The notes beneath the pieces are model-generated. The model did not search any database. It was not told the origin of the DNA and was given only the letters and a program-made list of their open reading frames with translations. The position numbers were made by a program, and so were the translations under genes. A stretch of 64,000 nucleotides of DNA from NCBI GenBank assembly GCA_964396875.1, contig CAYNHK010000001.1, positions 4,546-68,545 of the forward strand. Direction: 5' to 3'. Below, one piece after another: positions 8,919-18,230 of the stretch (within the stretch, counting starts at the first letter, position 1; every line of letters starts with the position of its first letter). This DNA comes from an uncultured Acidobacteriota bacterium. GTDB lineage: Bacteria; Acidobacteriota; Vicinamibacteria; Fen-336; JAGNNV01.

Positions 8919-9859
8919 CCTCGCTCAGGCGTCACGAAACCATCGTGCTCGGTCTTTGGATCGCCGAGGTGACGCTGTTCTCCGCCATCGGTCACAACTT
9001 CGCGACACCCGGGAACGCCCTCGAGGTTGCCCGCATCTCCACCGAGGTGGGCCTTCTCGCCATCGCCCTCACTCCGGTGATCGTGAGCGGCGGCATCGAC
9101 CTGTCGGGCGGGTCGCTCATGGGTTTGTCCGCGGTGCTGTGCGGGATGTTGTGGCGCGATGCCGGGTTCTCCATCTGGACGAGCGCTCTGATCGCGATCG
9201 CGGCGGCGGGCGTGGGAGGTCTCCTGAACGGCGTTCTGATCGCGCGTCTGCATCTGGCCCCACTCATCGTCACTCTCGGGACCTACTCGCTGTTCCGCGG
9301 CCTGGCGAAGGGACTCACGGGCGGCGTCGAGACGTACACCGACTTCCCCAAAGAGTTCCTCTTTCTCGGTCAGGGATACCTCGGCGGCGTCGTCCCCGTA
9401 CAGGTCCCGATCGTGATCGCTATCGCCGCCGCCTTCTGGATCCTGCTTCACCGAACCACCATCGGCCGAGCGATCCAGGCCATCGGTTTCTCACCCGACG
9501 CGGCAAGATACGCGGCGGTTCCCGTGGGTCGACGCCTGGGCCTCGCTTACCTGCTGTCGTCTCTCGCCGCCGGTCTCGCGGCAGTGCTTTACGTCGCGCG
9601 GGTCGGCCAGGCGAAGGCCGATGCCGGCACGTCGTACGAACTCATGGCCATCACGGCGGTGGTGCTCGGCGGCACGTCTATCTTCGGCGGCCGCGGAACC
9701 ATTCACGGCACGCTCCTCGGCGTCCTCGCCATCGCTCCCCTGCAAAACGGCCTGCGTCTCGCTGACCTGCCTGTGGAGCTTGCCGGCATTCTGGCCGGCG
9801 TTCTGCTCATCGGATCGATCGCTCTCCCTCGTCTTCTCTCTCTAAGGAAATCTTCATGA
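8915..9859 (+). CDS. Sugar ABC transporter permease (RbsC/RhaQ-like)
   Basis: ATGA start/stop overlap at 8915-8918 with the previous permease. Sequence MTSLRRHETIVLGLWIAEVTLF... gives a hydrophobic polytopic protein. The out-of-frame 5' part of ORF 8381..9859 was rejected. Confidence 0.85.
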   Translation: MTSLRRHETIVLGLWIAEVTLFSAIGHNFATPGNALEVARISTEVGLLAIALTPVIVSGGIDLSGGSLMGLSAVLCGMLWRDAGFSIWTSALIAIAAAGVGGLLNGVLIARLHLAPLIVTLGTYSLFRGLAKGLTGGVETYTDFPKEFLFLGQGYLGGVVPVQVPIVIAIAAAFWILLHRTTIGRAIQAIGFSPDAARYAAVPVGRRLGLAYLLSSLAAGLAAVLYVARVGQAKADAGTSYELMAITAVVLGGTSIFGGRGTIHGTLLGVLAIAPLQNGLRLADLPVELAGILAGVLLIGSIALPRLLSLRKSS

Positions 9860-10833
9860 AGCGGATCACACTCGGTCTTACCGTTGCGCTCATCGTCGGC
9901 TCTGTGGGTGGATGCCGTCAGTCGCCCAAAGAATTCACGGTCGCGATGATGCCCAAGAACAAGGGCAACCCGTACTTCGTGAGTTGCCGCAAGGGCGCCG
10001 AGGAAGCGGCGAAGGAATTGAACGTCAAGCTCCTCTGGGACGGGCCGACTGAGACCGACCCGGCGAAGCAGAATGAAGTGGTCGAGACCTGGATCACCCG
10101 CGGCGTCGACGTGATCGCAGCGAGCGTCGAGAACCGGGAGGGCCTCGCCACCGTGTTGCGCAAGGCTCGCGAGAAGGGAATCAAGGTGGTGACGTGGGAC
10201 GCGGACACGGCGCCCGATGCGCGGGATCTGTTCGTCAACCAGGCGACGCCCGAAGGGATCGGCTTCACCCTGGCCGACCGCGCCGCCGAACTTCTGGGCG
10301 GCAAGGGCGAGTTCGCGATCATCACCGCGTCGCTCACCGCGGCCAATCAGAACGAGTGGATCAAACACATCCAGGCCCGCCTCGCGGAGAAGCACCCCGG
10401 CATCACCATCGCGGCGATCCGCCCGAGTGACGACAAGCAGGAGCGGGCGTTTACCGAGGCCCAGAACATCCTGAAGGTGTACCCGAACGTGAAGCTGATC
10501 ATGGGCGTGAGTTCACCGGCCGTTCCGGGCGCGGCAGAAGCAGTGAAGCAAGCGAACCGCCCCGACGTAAAGGTCATCGGCCTGGCCTTGCCGAACGCCT
10601 GCAAGCAGTACGTCCACGAAGGCTGGATCGACTCGATCGTCTTGTGGAACACCGGCGACCTCGGCTACCTGACTCTTCAGGTAGCGACGGCCCTGGGGAA
10701 AGGCACGTTAGACCCGAAGAGCGGAGCCTTGAACGCAGGCCGCCTGGGCAGCATCAAGATCGTCGGCGACCAGGTGATCCTGGGGACGCCATTCATCTTC
10801 AACAAGACCAACATCGACCAGTTCGACTTTTGA
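9856..10833 (+). CDS. Periplasmic sugar-binding protein of the ABC transporter (rhamnose/ribose-binding, RhaS-like)
   Basis: ATGA overlap with the permease stop (9856-9859). Signal peptide with Cys (LIVGSVGGC). Periplasmic binding protein type I fold; the adjacent rhaM suggests an L-rhamnose ligand. Confidence 0.8.
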   Translation: MKRITLGLTVALIVGSVGGCRQSPKEFTVAMMPKNKGNPYFVSCRKGAEEAAKELNVKLLWDGPTETDPAKQNEVVETWITRGVDVIAASVENREGLATVLRKAREKGIKVVTWDADTAPDARDLFVNQATPEGIGFTLADRAAELLGGKGEFAIITASLTAANQNEWIKHIQARLAEKHPGITIAAIRPSDDKQERAFTEAQNILKVYPNVKLIMGVSSPAVPGAAEAVKQANRPDVKVIGLALPNACKQYVHEGWIDSIVLWNTGDLGYLTLQVATALGKGTLDPKSGALNAGRLGSIKIVGDQVILGTPFIFNKTNIDQFDF

Positions 10834-10862
10834 GACTCACGGGGACCCCGCAAACCCGCTGA

Positions 10863-10896
10863 CGATTGACGCAACACCGTTTGCTTTCGTCAATCG
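10863..10896. terminator. Stem-loop (9-bp perfect arms CGATTGACG/CGTCAATCG, T-rich 16-nt loop) between convergent genes; candidate bidirectional terminator
   Basis: It lies 30 nt downstream of the SBP stop and 70 nt downstream of the rhaM stop. A second inverted repeat, GAGGAGG...CCTCCTC, is at 10904-10943. Confidence 0.35.
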
Positions 10897-10967
10897 CCAT
10901 CCCGAGGAGGCCGACGGGAGGCGTCCGACGAAGGGACCTCCTCGCACTTGGGGCCAAGGCGATTCGC

Positions 10968-11294
10968 CTACCTGCCGCGATCGATATGAAACACCTCCCG
11001 CAGTTCTCGGGATACGGGGGAGTGGTCGGGATTCGACGGCATGATCGCGCTCATATGCACCCACCACTTTCGGCAGACCTCCGTTGAAGCAATGGCGGCC
11101 CAACGCTCCTCGCTGTCAATCTCTACGTAGCCGAAGAGGTCCCGCGACGCATCGTCGATGAAGATCGAGTAGGTGATCACGCCATGCGAGATCAGCGCCT
11201 CCTCGAGCTCCTTCCAGATGGGCCGATGACGCCGTTCGTACTCGGCCTCCTGCCCTGCGTGGACCGACATCCGGAACGCCTTGCGAATGGCCAC
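10968..11294 (-). CDS. rhaM: L-rhamnose mutarotase
   Basis: Strong similarity to E. coli RhaM (IRKAF.M.V...EEYQRRH.PIWPELE...HG...Y.I.......LF...E..SEERW.A.AST.VC..WW..M...MP.NPD.SPVS.EL.EVF). GTG start at 11294 is preceded by GAGGAG with a 6-nt spacer; ORF 10968..11330 trimmed. Confidence 0.9.
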   Translation of the reverse strand: MAIRKAFRMSVHAGQEAEYERRHRPIWKELEEALISHGVITYSIFIDDASRDLFGYVEIDSEERWAAIASTEVCRKWWVHMSAIMPSNPDHSPVSRELREVFHIDRGR

Positions 11295-11319
11295 GATGTT
11301 CTCCTCTGAAGAAGACCGG

Positions 11320-13503
11320 CTACGAAACACGCTCGAGGACGAACGACGCGTAGGCCTTCAGGGACACGCGGCCCGTGAGCACCGACCCGCCGATGACGTC
11401 GCGAAGGCGCAGGACGCCGAGATCGACCGTCTGTTCGAGGTTCTTGAAGTTGTGCAGGAAGATGAACGTGCGGCCGCCGCCTGAGCGTTTCTGCGCCGTG
11501 ACTCCTTCGGGCAGGTCGACATCGAGGCAGCGGTCAAGACTCAGCTCGCGAACGAGCCCCCGGGCGAGGGCATCGTGGAACGCGTCCGTTGCCGGCCGGG
11601 CTGCGAGGTAGTAGACCTTGCCCGAACCCTGCGCGTGAACAGTGAGGGCCGGCCGCCCCGCCCACGCATCTCCGCTGTAGGTGGCAAGGACCCGCGCACC
11701 CTCGAGATGAACGAGGTCGGTGTACTCCCGCACCGCATGCTCGCCCTGGAGGCCGAGCGTGTTCCCGGTGGAGGCGACCATCTTCTGCTTCGTATCGGGG
11801 TACAGCGAGTCGATCTCCTCCGCCCACACTCCGGTCAGTTCGCGCAGGCCCTGACCGGGCCATCCGCCTCGCAGCATGAGGTTGTTCTCGTCGACGATCC
11901 CGGAAAGATAGGTGAGCAGCAGTGTGCCGCCGCCGCGAACGAAAGTCTTTAGACGGTCTGCCACGCCCGACTTGAGCATGTAGAGCATCGGCGCCACCAC
12001 CAGCCGATAGCCGTCGAACGGGCTCAGGCTTTCGATGATGTCCACCGGCACGCCCAGCTTCCAGAACGGGCGATAGTGATCGAACCCGGTGTTCACGTAC
12101 TCCTTCTCGAAGCGCGAGTTGTTCCCCGGACGCCGCGGTCCTTGCGAATGGCTGATCGCCCATCGCACCTCCCAGTCGTGGATCAGGGCCACCTGAGGCC
12201 GGACGGTAGTTCCCACTACCGGGTCGAGCTTTGGAAGGGAGGCGCCATGTTCCGCCACATCGCGGAAGACCCGCGTGTTCTCGTCGCCCTCGTGACCGAC
12301 GACCGCGCCATGGAACTTCTCGAAGCCGCCCAGACCCTTGCGCCACTGGAAGTACATCGTGGCGTCGGCCCCGTGACCGATCGCGAGCAGCATTTCCTGG
12401 CGATGTTGGCCGGGACGCTTCAACTGCGGCGTGGGCTGCCAGTTCGTATGGCTCGGGGTGGACTCCATGAGGATGAAAGGAAGGCCGCCCTTCATGGTCC
12501 GAAACGTGTCGTGATTGAAGGAAATGGCCACCGCTTCACGCCATCCCTCGTCGCCATGCATGAGCGGGTAGGCGTCCCACGACATGCGGTCGGAGATCGC
12601 GGCGAAACGCCAGTAGTCGAGGCCCTGGAACGACCGCATCATGTTGGTCGTCACCGGCAGCGCGGGAGTCGCGGCCTTGAGAGGAGCGATCTCGTTCTTC
12701 ATGAAGTCGACGGTCTGATGGGTGACGAAGCGGTCCCAGTCGAGATTCAGTCCGTCGATCGGTGACTGCCGTGGATCGATCTGCTCGAAGGACTGGAAGG
12801 TCAGGCTCCAGAAGGACGTCCACCACTTGAGATTCAGTGTCTCGAGCGATCCATAACGCGCGCGCAGCCAGTCTCTGAACGCCTGGAGGCAGAAGTCGCA
12901 GTAGCACGAGCCGCTGTACTCGTTCGAGATGTGCCAGCCGCCGAGCGCCTTGTGACGGCGGTATCGCTCGGCCAGCTTGCGGTTGATCAACGTCACCTTC
13001 TGGCGGTAGACCGGAGAGGTGAAGCAGTGATTGTGACGCGCGCCGTGCGGCTCGCGCCGCCCCTGGCCGTCGATCCGACGCACCTGGTCGTACTTCTCGG
13101 ACATCCAGCGCGGCTTGCCGCCTGAGGGAGTGGCGAGGAAAGCGTGGAAGCCGCGCGCGGCCAGGCCGTCCATCACCTTATCCAGCCACTCGAAGTCGAA
13201 CCGTCCCTCCTCGGGCTCGAGACTGCTCCACGCGAAGATCCCCACGGAAAAGGTGTTGCAACCCGCCTTCTCCATGAGCCGGAAGTCGTCGTCGAGAATC
13301 TTCGGCTCGTGCCGCCACTGCTCGGGGTTCCAGTCGCCGCCATGAAGGATGTGGGGGAATCCCTTGATGACGGGCGGATGCAGGCCCTCTCGGGCTCCGG
13401 CTGGGGAACCCTGAACAGCGCCGAGGACATCCTGAGGCTGAAGCGCGAGGAGGCCCGAAGCCGACAACGATGTGGAGAGAAAACGCCGCCGCGGAAAGGT
13501 CAC
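11320..13503 (-). CDS. GH42 beta-galactosidase, Tat-secreted
   Basis: GH42 hallmarks include the YFQWR segment. GTG start at 13503 is preceded by AAAGGAGA and gives a twin-arginine signal MTFPRRRFLSTSLSASGLLA; the longer ORF runs to 13587. rhaM lies 25 nt downstream on the same strand. Confidence 0.85.
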   Translation of the reverse strand: MTFPRRRFLSTSLSASGLLALQPQDVLGAVQGSPAGAREGLHPPVIKGFPHILHGGDWNPEQWRHEPKILDDDFRLMEKAGCNTFSVGIFAWSSLEPEEGRFDFEWLDKVMDGLAARGFHAFLATPSGGKPRWMSEKYDQVRRIDGQGRREPHGARHNHCFTSPVYRQKVTLINRKLAERYRRHKALGGWHISNEYSGSCYCDFCLQAFRDWLRARYGSLETLNLKWWTSFWSLTFQSFEQIDPRQSPIDGLNLDWDRFVTHQTVDFMKNEIAPLKAATPALPVTTNMMRSFQGLDYWRFAAISDRMSWDAYPLMHGDEGWREAVAISFNHDTFRTMKGGLPFILMESTPSHTNWQPTPQLKRPGQHRQEMLLAIGHGADATMYFQWRKGLGGFEKFHGAVVGHEGDENTRVFRDVAEHGASLPKLDPVVGTTVRPQVALIHDWEVRWAISHSQGPRRPGNNSRFEKEYVNTGFDHYRPFWKLGVPVDIIESLSPFDGYRLVVAPMLYMLKSGVADRLKTFVRGGGTLLLTYLSGIVDENNLMLRGGWPGQGLRELTGVWAEEIDSLYPDTKQKMVASTGNTLGLQGEHAVREYTDLVHLEGARVLATYSGDAWAGRPALTVHAQGSGKVYYLAARPATDAFHDALARGLVRELSLDRCLDVDLPEGVTAQKRSGGGRTFIFLHNFKNLEQTVDLGVLRLRDVIGGSVLTGRVSLKAYASFVLERVS

Positions 13504-13562
13504 ATCGTCTCCTTTGGTCAGTACGCCGCCAGCATAGGTTCGCGGCGGCCGGGAGGAACTGA

Positions 13563-13574
13563 CCAGAACTGGCG
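13563..13574. promoter_or_regulatory. CCAGAACTGGCG box, 60 nt upstream of the GH42 start codon
   Basis: Exact 12-mer, shared with the box at 22024-22035 and palindromically with the box at 26181-26198. Confidence 0.45.
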
Positions 13575-13597
13575 ATGCCGCGGGCACCGCGACGATG

Positions 13598-14086
13598 TCA
13601 GGGTTCGTCGGCGGTGGGGCCGTAGACCTGCGGAACCGTTGAACCCATCGCTCGAAGGTACGTCGTGATCTGTCCGCGGTGGTGGATGATGTCGAACAGA
13701 AATCCCCAGGCCTGGGCGTAGCCCGTGGACCGGTTGACCTCGTGGGTCCCGAACATGAACGGGATCTGGGCTTCGAACTTCGCTGTGTCGAGAGCGGTCA
13801 GGCGTTCGGCGAAGGTAGCGAGGTGCTGGTCGTAGGCCTCGACGGTCTCGCGCATCGTGGCAGGCGCTTTCACGTTCACCCACTCCAGCACACCGCGTTC
13901 GAGTCCGTCGATCAGAGTCTTCTCCTCGTGCACGATCTGCCACGCGATCTCGGCGGCCGGTCGCGACTTCGGATCGGGCGTGTAGGTCGAGCCTTCGGGA
14001 ATACGGGCGAGGACGTTGCGCGTCGTGCGTCCTTCCTTCTTCCAGAACTTGATGATCAGGTCTTTTTCTTCCATGGCAGCGTGCAT
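13598..14086 (-). CDS. DinB/YfiT-like (DinB_2) family metal-dependent protein
   Basis: Four-helix-bundle DinB pattern with the IIHHRGQ motif near the C-terminus. Start taken at ATG 14086 (MHAAMEEKD...) because the longer ORF would overlap the upstream gene ending at 14107. Confidence 0.65.
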   Translation of the reverse strand: MHAAMEEKDLIIKFWKKEGRTTRNVLARIPEGSTYTPDPKSRPAAEIAWQIVHEEKTLIDGLERGVLEWVNVKAPATMRETVEAYDQHLATFAERLTALDTAKFEAQIPFMFGTHEVNRSTGYAQAWGFLFDIIHHRGQITTYLRAMGSTVPQVYGPTADEP

Positions 14087-14106
14087 ATTAAGGCCCAACT
14101 CGTCGT

Positions 14107-15798
14107 CTATCGGACCCGGCGGGCGCTTGCGACTTTGTTCCACTCGCGCTGGATCACGGTACCGCCTCTGTGGCCTCGCAGCATTTGGGGCGTGACCTGG
14201 CCTGTCTTAAGCGCGCGCTGGACTGACTCGACGACCGTGGCCGCGGATCTCAGGGGCAGCGTGTGCGCGGCTACGCCGAAGATCTGGGGGCCGCTCTCGA
14301 AGTCGACGATGCGGCCGAGGAAGACATCGCCCTGGGCGAGTCGGCCGCGCGTGCGCGGGTCAGCATCGACGAACACGCGAATCTCGCCCGTGAGCAGGTC
14401 GCGGCAGGAGAACTGATCCCTCGAACTGTCCGCGATGTGCCAGGCGGAGATCCACGACCGAGTTTGCGCCTTGATCCATTCCGCGGCCACCGGGGAGGCG
14501 TACCCGCTGTCCAGAATTGCCTCGGCCACCGTGAAATCCGCGTTCTTCGGGAAACGATGGAAGAGCGCCCAGGGCGTGGCCAGAGAGTCGCCATCGTCCT
14601 TCCGCGACGCTCGGTCGATTTCTCGAGCTGCGTCCTTGAACTGTGACTCGGCCGCGGCAAGGAGCAAGGGCAGGGCCTCAATCAAGCCGGCGTTCCTCTC
14701 CTCCTCGATCGCCTCCTCTCCCTCCGAGGCCGGGAGTGGGTCCTCGTTGATCCCAAAAAGCGCGCTGGCCTCGAAGGGCACGGTGAGGCGGGTCACGCCG
14801 ACACCGGCCACGGGTGTTTCCATGCAAATCGGCCAGCCGCGAGGGTCTCCGAATCGCCGCCCGAACTCGCGGAGCCCCCGCTCCAGAGCGGCGGCGGCGG
14901 CCACCATCAGGCGAACGTCACGCTCGGCAGGGGGGCGCCTGACGCCGTCCGCGTCTACACAAAGGACGGAGGGATAAAGCGTGCTTCGCCCGCCTCTGAG
15001 GCCCATTGCCGCGGCTTCACTTCTCATCTTTAAGGGGAAGTCCGCGGAGTCGTCGAAGTTGAGAGCCAGAATGGGCACGCCAGGATCGACGGACTCGATC
15101 GCGAATTCCGGTTGATTGGCGAGACGCTCGCCGCGGCCCTGGTGGACGAGGTAGTCCGCCTCCGACTCGAAGAAGAGGACCGCCCGCGACTCGCCCATGT
15201 GCCCGATGATGCAGAGTGCCGCGTTCCGCACACCCATCGCCGGGACGTCCAACCGGATGAGTTGCGAGTTTGGGAACAGGTCCCATGGACGCAACTTCGC
15301 AAGCGCGGATCCGCGTTTGATCATGTCCGCAATCAGCGGAGGCGCAACGCCAGTCTCGAAGTAGCTGCGCTCGCCGGATTCGTCGTCCGGCGCTTGCCCC
15401 GGCTCTGAACCGCCGCCCGCGTCGAGGTACCGCTTCAACTCCTCGAGGAACTGGTCCGCCTCGCGAAGGGGCCTCTCGGAGACCTCCACAGGGATGTGAA
15501 ACTCCGCGGCGAGCATGGCGCCGAGGTTTGCGGACTCGACGATGATTCGCTCGGGCCGTCGCTGTGGTCCCGCCATTGGCCGCACCAGTGCTTCGCGAAG
15601 GAGGTTCACCGCGAGGTCGGGTGTGGCGTCGACGGTGATTTCGTGTCCCAGAAGCAGCTCAGTCTCGCGTTCGAGGATGACCGTTTGCCACGCTCGTCTG
15701 TTCGGGTTTTCGCGGACGTAGAACGGCGCCTGGCGGATCAACACGAGCCAGGTGAGAGGCTCGCGGAATACGTGGGGGGCGATTTCGGACAGCGCCAT
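14107..15798 (-). CDS. Hypothetical protein, 563 aa, no recognisable family
   Basis: Long ORF with even codon usage, divergent from the rhaD-like gene and followed by the DinB-like gene on the same strand. No motif recognised by eye. Confidence 0.6.
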   Translation of the reverse strand: MALSEIAPHVFREPLTWLVLIRQAPFYVRENPNRRAWQTVILERETELLLGHEITVDATPDLAVNLLREALVRPMAGPQRRPERIIVESANLGAMLAAEFHIPVEVSERPLREADQFLEELKRYLDAGGGSEPGQAPDDESGERSYFETGVAPPLIADMIKRGSALAKLRPWDLFPNSQLIRLDVPAMGVRNAALCIIGHMGESRAVLFFESEADYLVHQGRGERLANQPEFAIESVDPGVPILALNFDDSADFPLKMRSEAAAMGLRGGRSTLYPSVLCVDADGVRRPPAERDVRLMVAAAAALERGLREFGRRFGDPRGWPICMETPVAGVGVTRLTVPFEASALFGINEDPLPASEGEEAIEEERNAGLIEALPLLLAAAESQFKDAAREIDRASRKDDGDSLATPWALFHRFPKNADFTVAEAILDSGYASPVAAEWIKAQTRSWISAWHIADSSRDQFSCRDLLTGEIRVFVDADPRTRGRLAQGDVFLGRIVDFESGPQIFGVAAHTLPLRSAATVVESVQRALKTGQVTPQMLRGHRGGTVIQREWNKVASARRVR

Positions 15799-15837
15799 GC
15801 TTGCGAAGCTACCGCGTTTCGTGTCGGACCCGCGAAC

Positions 15838-15850
15838 CCACAGAACTGGC
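15838..15850. promoter_or_regulatory. Degenerate copy of the box (CACAGAACTGGCT) in the divergent promoter region between the hypothetical protein and the rhaD-like gene
   Basis: 77 nt upstream of GTG 15927 and 40 nt upstream of the minus-strand start at 15798. Confidence 0.3.
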
Positions 15851-15926
15851 TATGGAATCGGGCCCTCAAAAGTGCGAACCTTCGCTTCGAAGAAGATTGA
15901 CTTTCGAGACAAGACAGGGAGCCCAA

Positions 15927-18098
15927 GTGACCTACGTTAAGTCCCTCTGGAGGGACGAGGATGTGAAGCGGCTGAGCGGTCTGGACCGCCTGGTCTATCG
16001 GTCGAACAAGCTGGGCACGGACCTCACGCTCACCAACACCGGCGGCGGGAACACCTCATCGAAGCTGATGGAGAAAGACCCTCTCACCGGGGAGAGCGTC
16101 GAGGTCTTGTGGGTGAAAGGCTCAGGCGGCGACCTCCGGACCTCCAAGCGCGATGGCTTCGCTTCGCTCTACGCGTCGAAGGTTCGCGCCATGAAGCCGC
16201 TCTACCTCGCAAATCCGGGACGCGGGCCGAAGACGAGTGTCGAAGACGCGATGTACGAGATGTACCGCCACTGCGTTTTCGACCTGAACCCCCGCGCGTG
16301 TTCCATCGACACGCCCCTCCACACCTTCGTTCCGCGGACCCACGTGGATCATCTGCACCCGAACGCGGTCATCGCGGTCGCCGCTTCCGTGAACCAGGGG
16401 CGCCTCTGCAAGGAGATCTATGGCGACGACGTGATCTACCTGCCCTGGCAGCGCCCCGGCTTCGACATAGGCGTCCGCATGGAGGCCCTGATCGAGCAGC
16501 ATCCAAAGGCGAAGGGCGTGGTCCTCGGACACCACGGCATGAGTTCGTGGAGCAACGACGACAAGACCTGCTACGAGACGGCGCTCGAGATCATCGACCG
16601 TGCGACCGCCTTTATCGAGGCGCGGGACAAGGGGGAGAAGACTTTCGGCGGACCCAGGTACGCGGCCCTGCCGGACGACGAACGCCGAGGCCTGATCGCG
16701 GGCCTCATTCCGTGGCTGCGCGGGCAGATCTCCGTGAAGCAGCGCTTCGTGGCCACGGTCCAGGACGACCCCAAGACTCTTCGCTTCACGAGCAGTGTCG
16801 ACGGGCCGCGGCTCGCCAACCTCGGCACCTCGTGCCCGGATCACTTCCTGCGGACCAAGATCAAGCCTCTTTTCGTCGACTGGGATCCGCAGGCCCGGGA
16901 CCTCGAGGCGCTGCGGACGAAGCTCGCCGCCGGACTGGCGCAATACCGCAAGGACTACGCGGCCTACTACGAACGCCACAAACGCCCCGGTTCGCCCGCC
17001 ATGCGCGACCCGAACCCGACCGTGGTCCTCATCCCGGGCCTCGGGATGATCGCGTGGGGCAAGAACAAGAGCGAGTCGCGAGTGACCGCCGAGTTCTACA
17101 ACTGCGCCATAGAGGTGATGCGAGGGGCCGAGGCCATCGACCAGTACGAGGCGATGGACCCGCAGGAGGCCTTCGACATCGAATACTGGTCGCTCGAAGA
17201 GGCCAAGCTGCGCCGGTTGCCGCCCGAGAAGGAACTGGATCGGCGCGTGATGGTGGTGGTGGGTGCGGGGGCCGGGATCGGCAAGGCCACCGCTCACCGC
17301 CTGGCGAAAGACGGCGCGCACATCGTTTGTGTCGACCGTGAAGCGAAGGCGGCGGCCGAGACGGCGGGGGAGATCGTGGCGAAGTACGGCGAGGGCATCG
17401 GTGTCGCCGGCACGGGCATCAGCAACTGCGGCCCGGCGATCGCTCTCGGCTGCGACATCACGGACCGGGCGAGTGTGGCCGCCATGTTCCGCGAGGCGCT
17501 CCTCGCCTACGGCGGCCTCGACTCCGTGATCGTTACCGCGGGCATCTTTGTCCCTCCGGGCCGGGATGGGCGGAACGAGGACAAACACTGGGCGCTGACC
17601 TTCGGTGTCAACGTGACCGGAGCCTATGTCGTGGCGGACGAGGCGAACAGGATCTTCCGCCTCCAGGGACTTCCCGCGAGCATCGTCCTCACCACCAGCG
17701 CGAACGCGGTGGTGGTGAAGAAGGGGAGCCTGGCCTACGACACCAGCAAGGCCGCCGCGAACCACCTCGTGCGCGAACTGGCGATCGAGATGGCTCCGCT
17801 CGTGCGGGTGAATGCCGTAGCCCCGGCGACCGTGGTCAAGGGCAGCACGATGTTCCCGCGCGATCGGGTGATCGCTTCGCTCACGAAGTACTCCATCACC
17901 TTCGAGGAGTCCGAGACCACCGACGAGCTGCGAAACAAGCTCGCCGGGTTCTACGCGGAGCGCTCACTCACGAAGGTCCCGATCGAGCCGGAGGATCAGG
18001 CCGAGGCCATCTTCCTGCTGGTATCCCCGCGCCTCTCGAAGACCACCGGACATGTGATTCCGGTCGACGGCGGTTTGCACGAAGCGTTCCTGCGCTAG
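15927..18098 (+). CDS. rhaD: Bifunctional rhamnulose-1-phosphate aldolase / short-chain dehydrogenase (lactaldehyde dehydrogenase-type)
   Basis: N-terminal class II aldolase/adducin domain (VTYVKSLWRDEDVKRLSGLDRLVYRSNKLG...) fused to a C-terminal SDR Rossmann domain (VVGAGAGIGKATAHRLAKDGAHIVCVDR). GTG start at 15927 is preceded by AGGGAG. Total length (about 723 aa) matches the Rhizobium/Actinobacteria-type bifunctional RhaD. Confidence 0.85.
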   Translation: MTYVKSLWRDEDVKRLSGLDRLVYRSNKLGTDLTLTNTGGGNTSSKLMEKDPLTGESVEVLWVKGSGGDLRTSKRDGFASLYASKVRAMKPLYLANPGRGPKTSVEDAMYEMYRHCVFDLNPRACSIDTPLHTFVPRTHVDHLHPNAVIAVAASVNQGRLCKEIYGDDVIYLPWQRPGFDIGVRMEALIEQHPKAKGVVLGHHGMSSWSNDDKTCYETALEIIDRATAFIEARDKGEKTFGGPRYAALPDDERRGLIAGLIPWLRGQISVKQRFVATVQDDPKTLRFTSSVDGPRLANLGTSCPDHFLRTKIKPLFVDWDPQARDLEALRTKLAAGLAQYRKDYAAYYERHKRPGSPAMRDPNPTVVLIPGLGMIAWGKNKSESRVTAEFYNCAIEVMRGAEAIDQYEAMDPQEAFDIEYWSLEEAKLRRLPPEKELDRRVMVVVGAGAGIGKATAHRLAKDGAHIVCVDREAKAAAETAGEIVAKYGEGIGVAGTGISNCGPAIALGCDITDRASVAAMFREALLAYGGLDSVIVTAGIFVPPGRDGRNEDKHWALTFGVNVTGAYVVADEANRIFRLQGLPASIVLTTSANAVVVKKGSLAYDTSKAAANHLVRELAIEMAPLVRVNAVAPATVVKGSTMFPRDRVIASLTKYSITFEESETTDELRNKLAGFYAERSLTKVPIEPEDQAEAIFLLVSPRLSKTTGHVIPVDGGLHEAFLR

Positions 18099-18196
18099 CC
18101 CCTTCGACATCCGGACTGAGCGCCGAAAGGCGCCTTATCGCGAGTCCCGTATCAAAGCGAAGGCCGGATTCACTCCGGCCGAAGCGATGGGGGTCT

Positions 18197-18223
18197 GGGG
18201 GGCGGGGCCGTTCACCGCCCCCC
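18197..18223. terminator. GC-rich hairpin (9-bp arms GGGGGGCGG/CCGCCCCCC) between convergent rhaD-like and TonB-receptor genes; candidate terminator
   Basis: It lies immediately 5' of the receptor stop codon at 18231-18233. Additional hairpins are at 18120-18133 (GAAA tetraloop) and 18162-18180. Confidence 0.35.
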
Positions 18224-18230
18224 AGCTCAA

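Noticed and set aside
16122-17765. Minus-strand ORF 16122..17765 (547 aa) and plus-strand ORF 16109..17341
   Set aside because: They are antisense or out of frame to the bifunctional aldolase/dehydrogenase, which has clear Rossmann and aldolase motifs.
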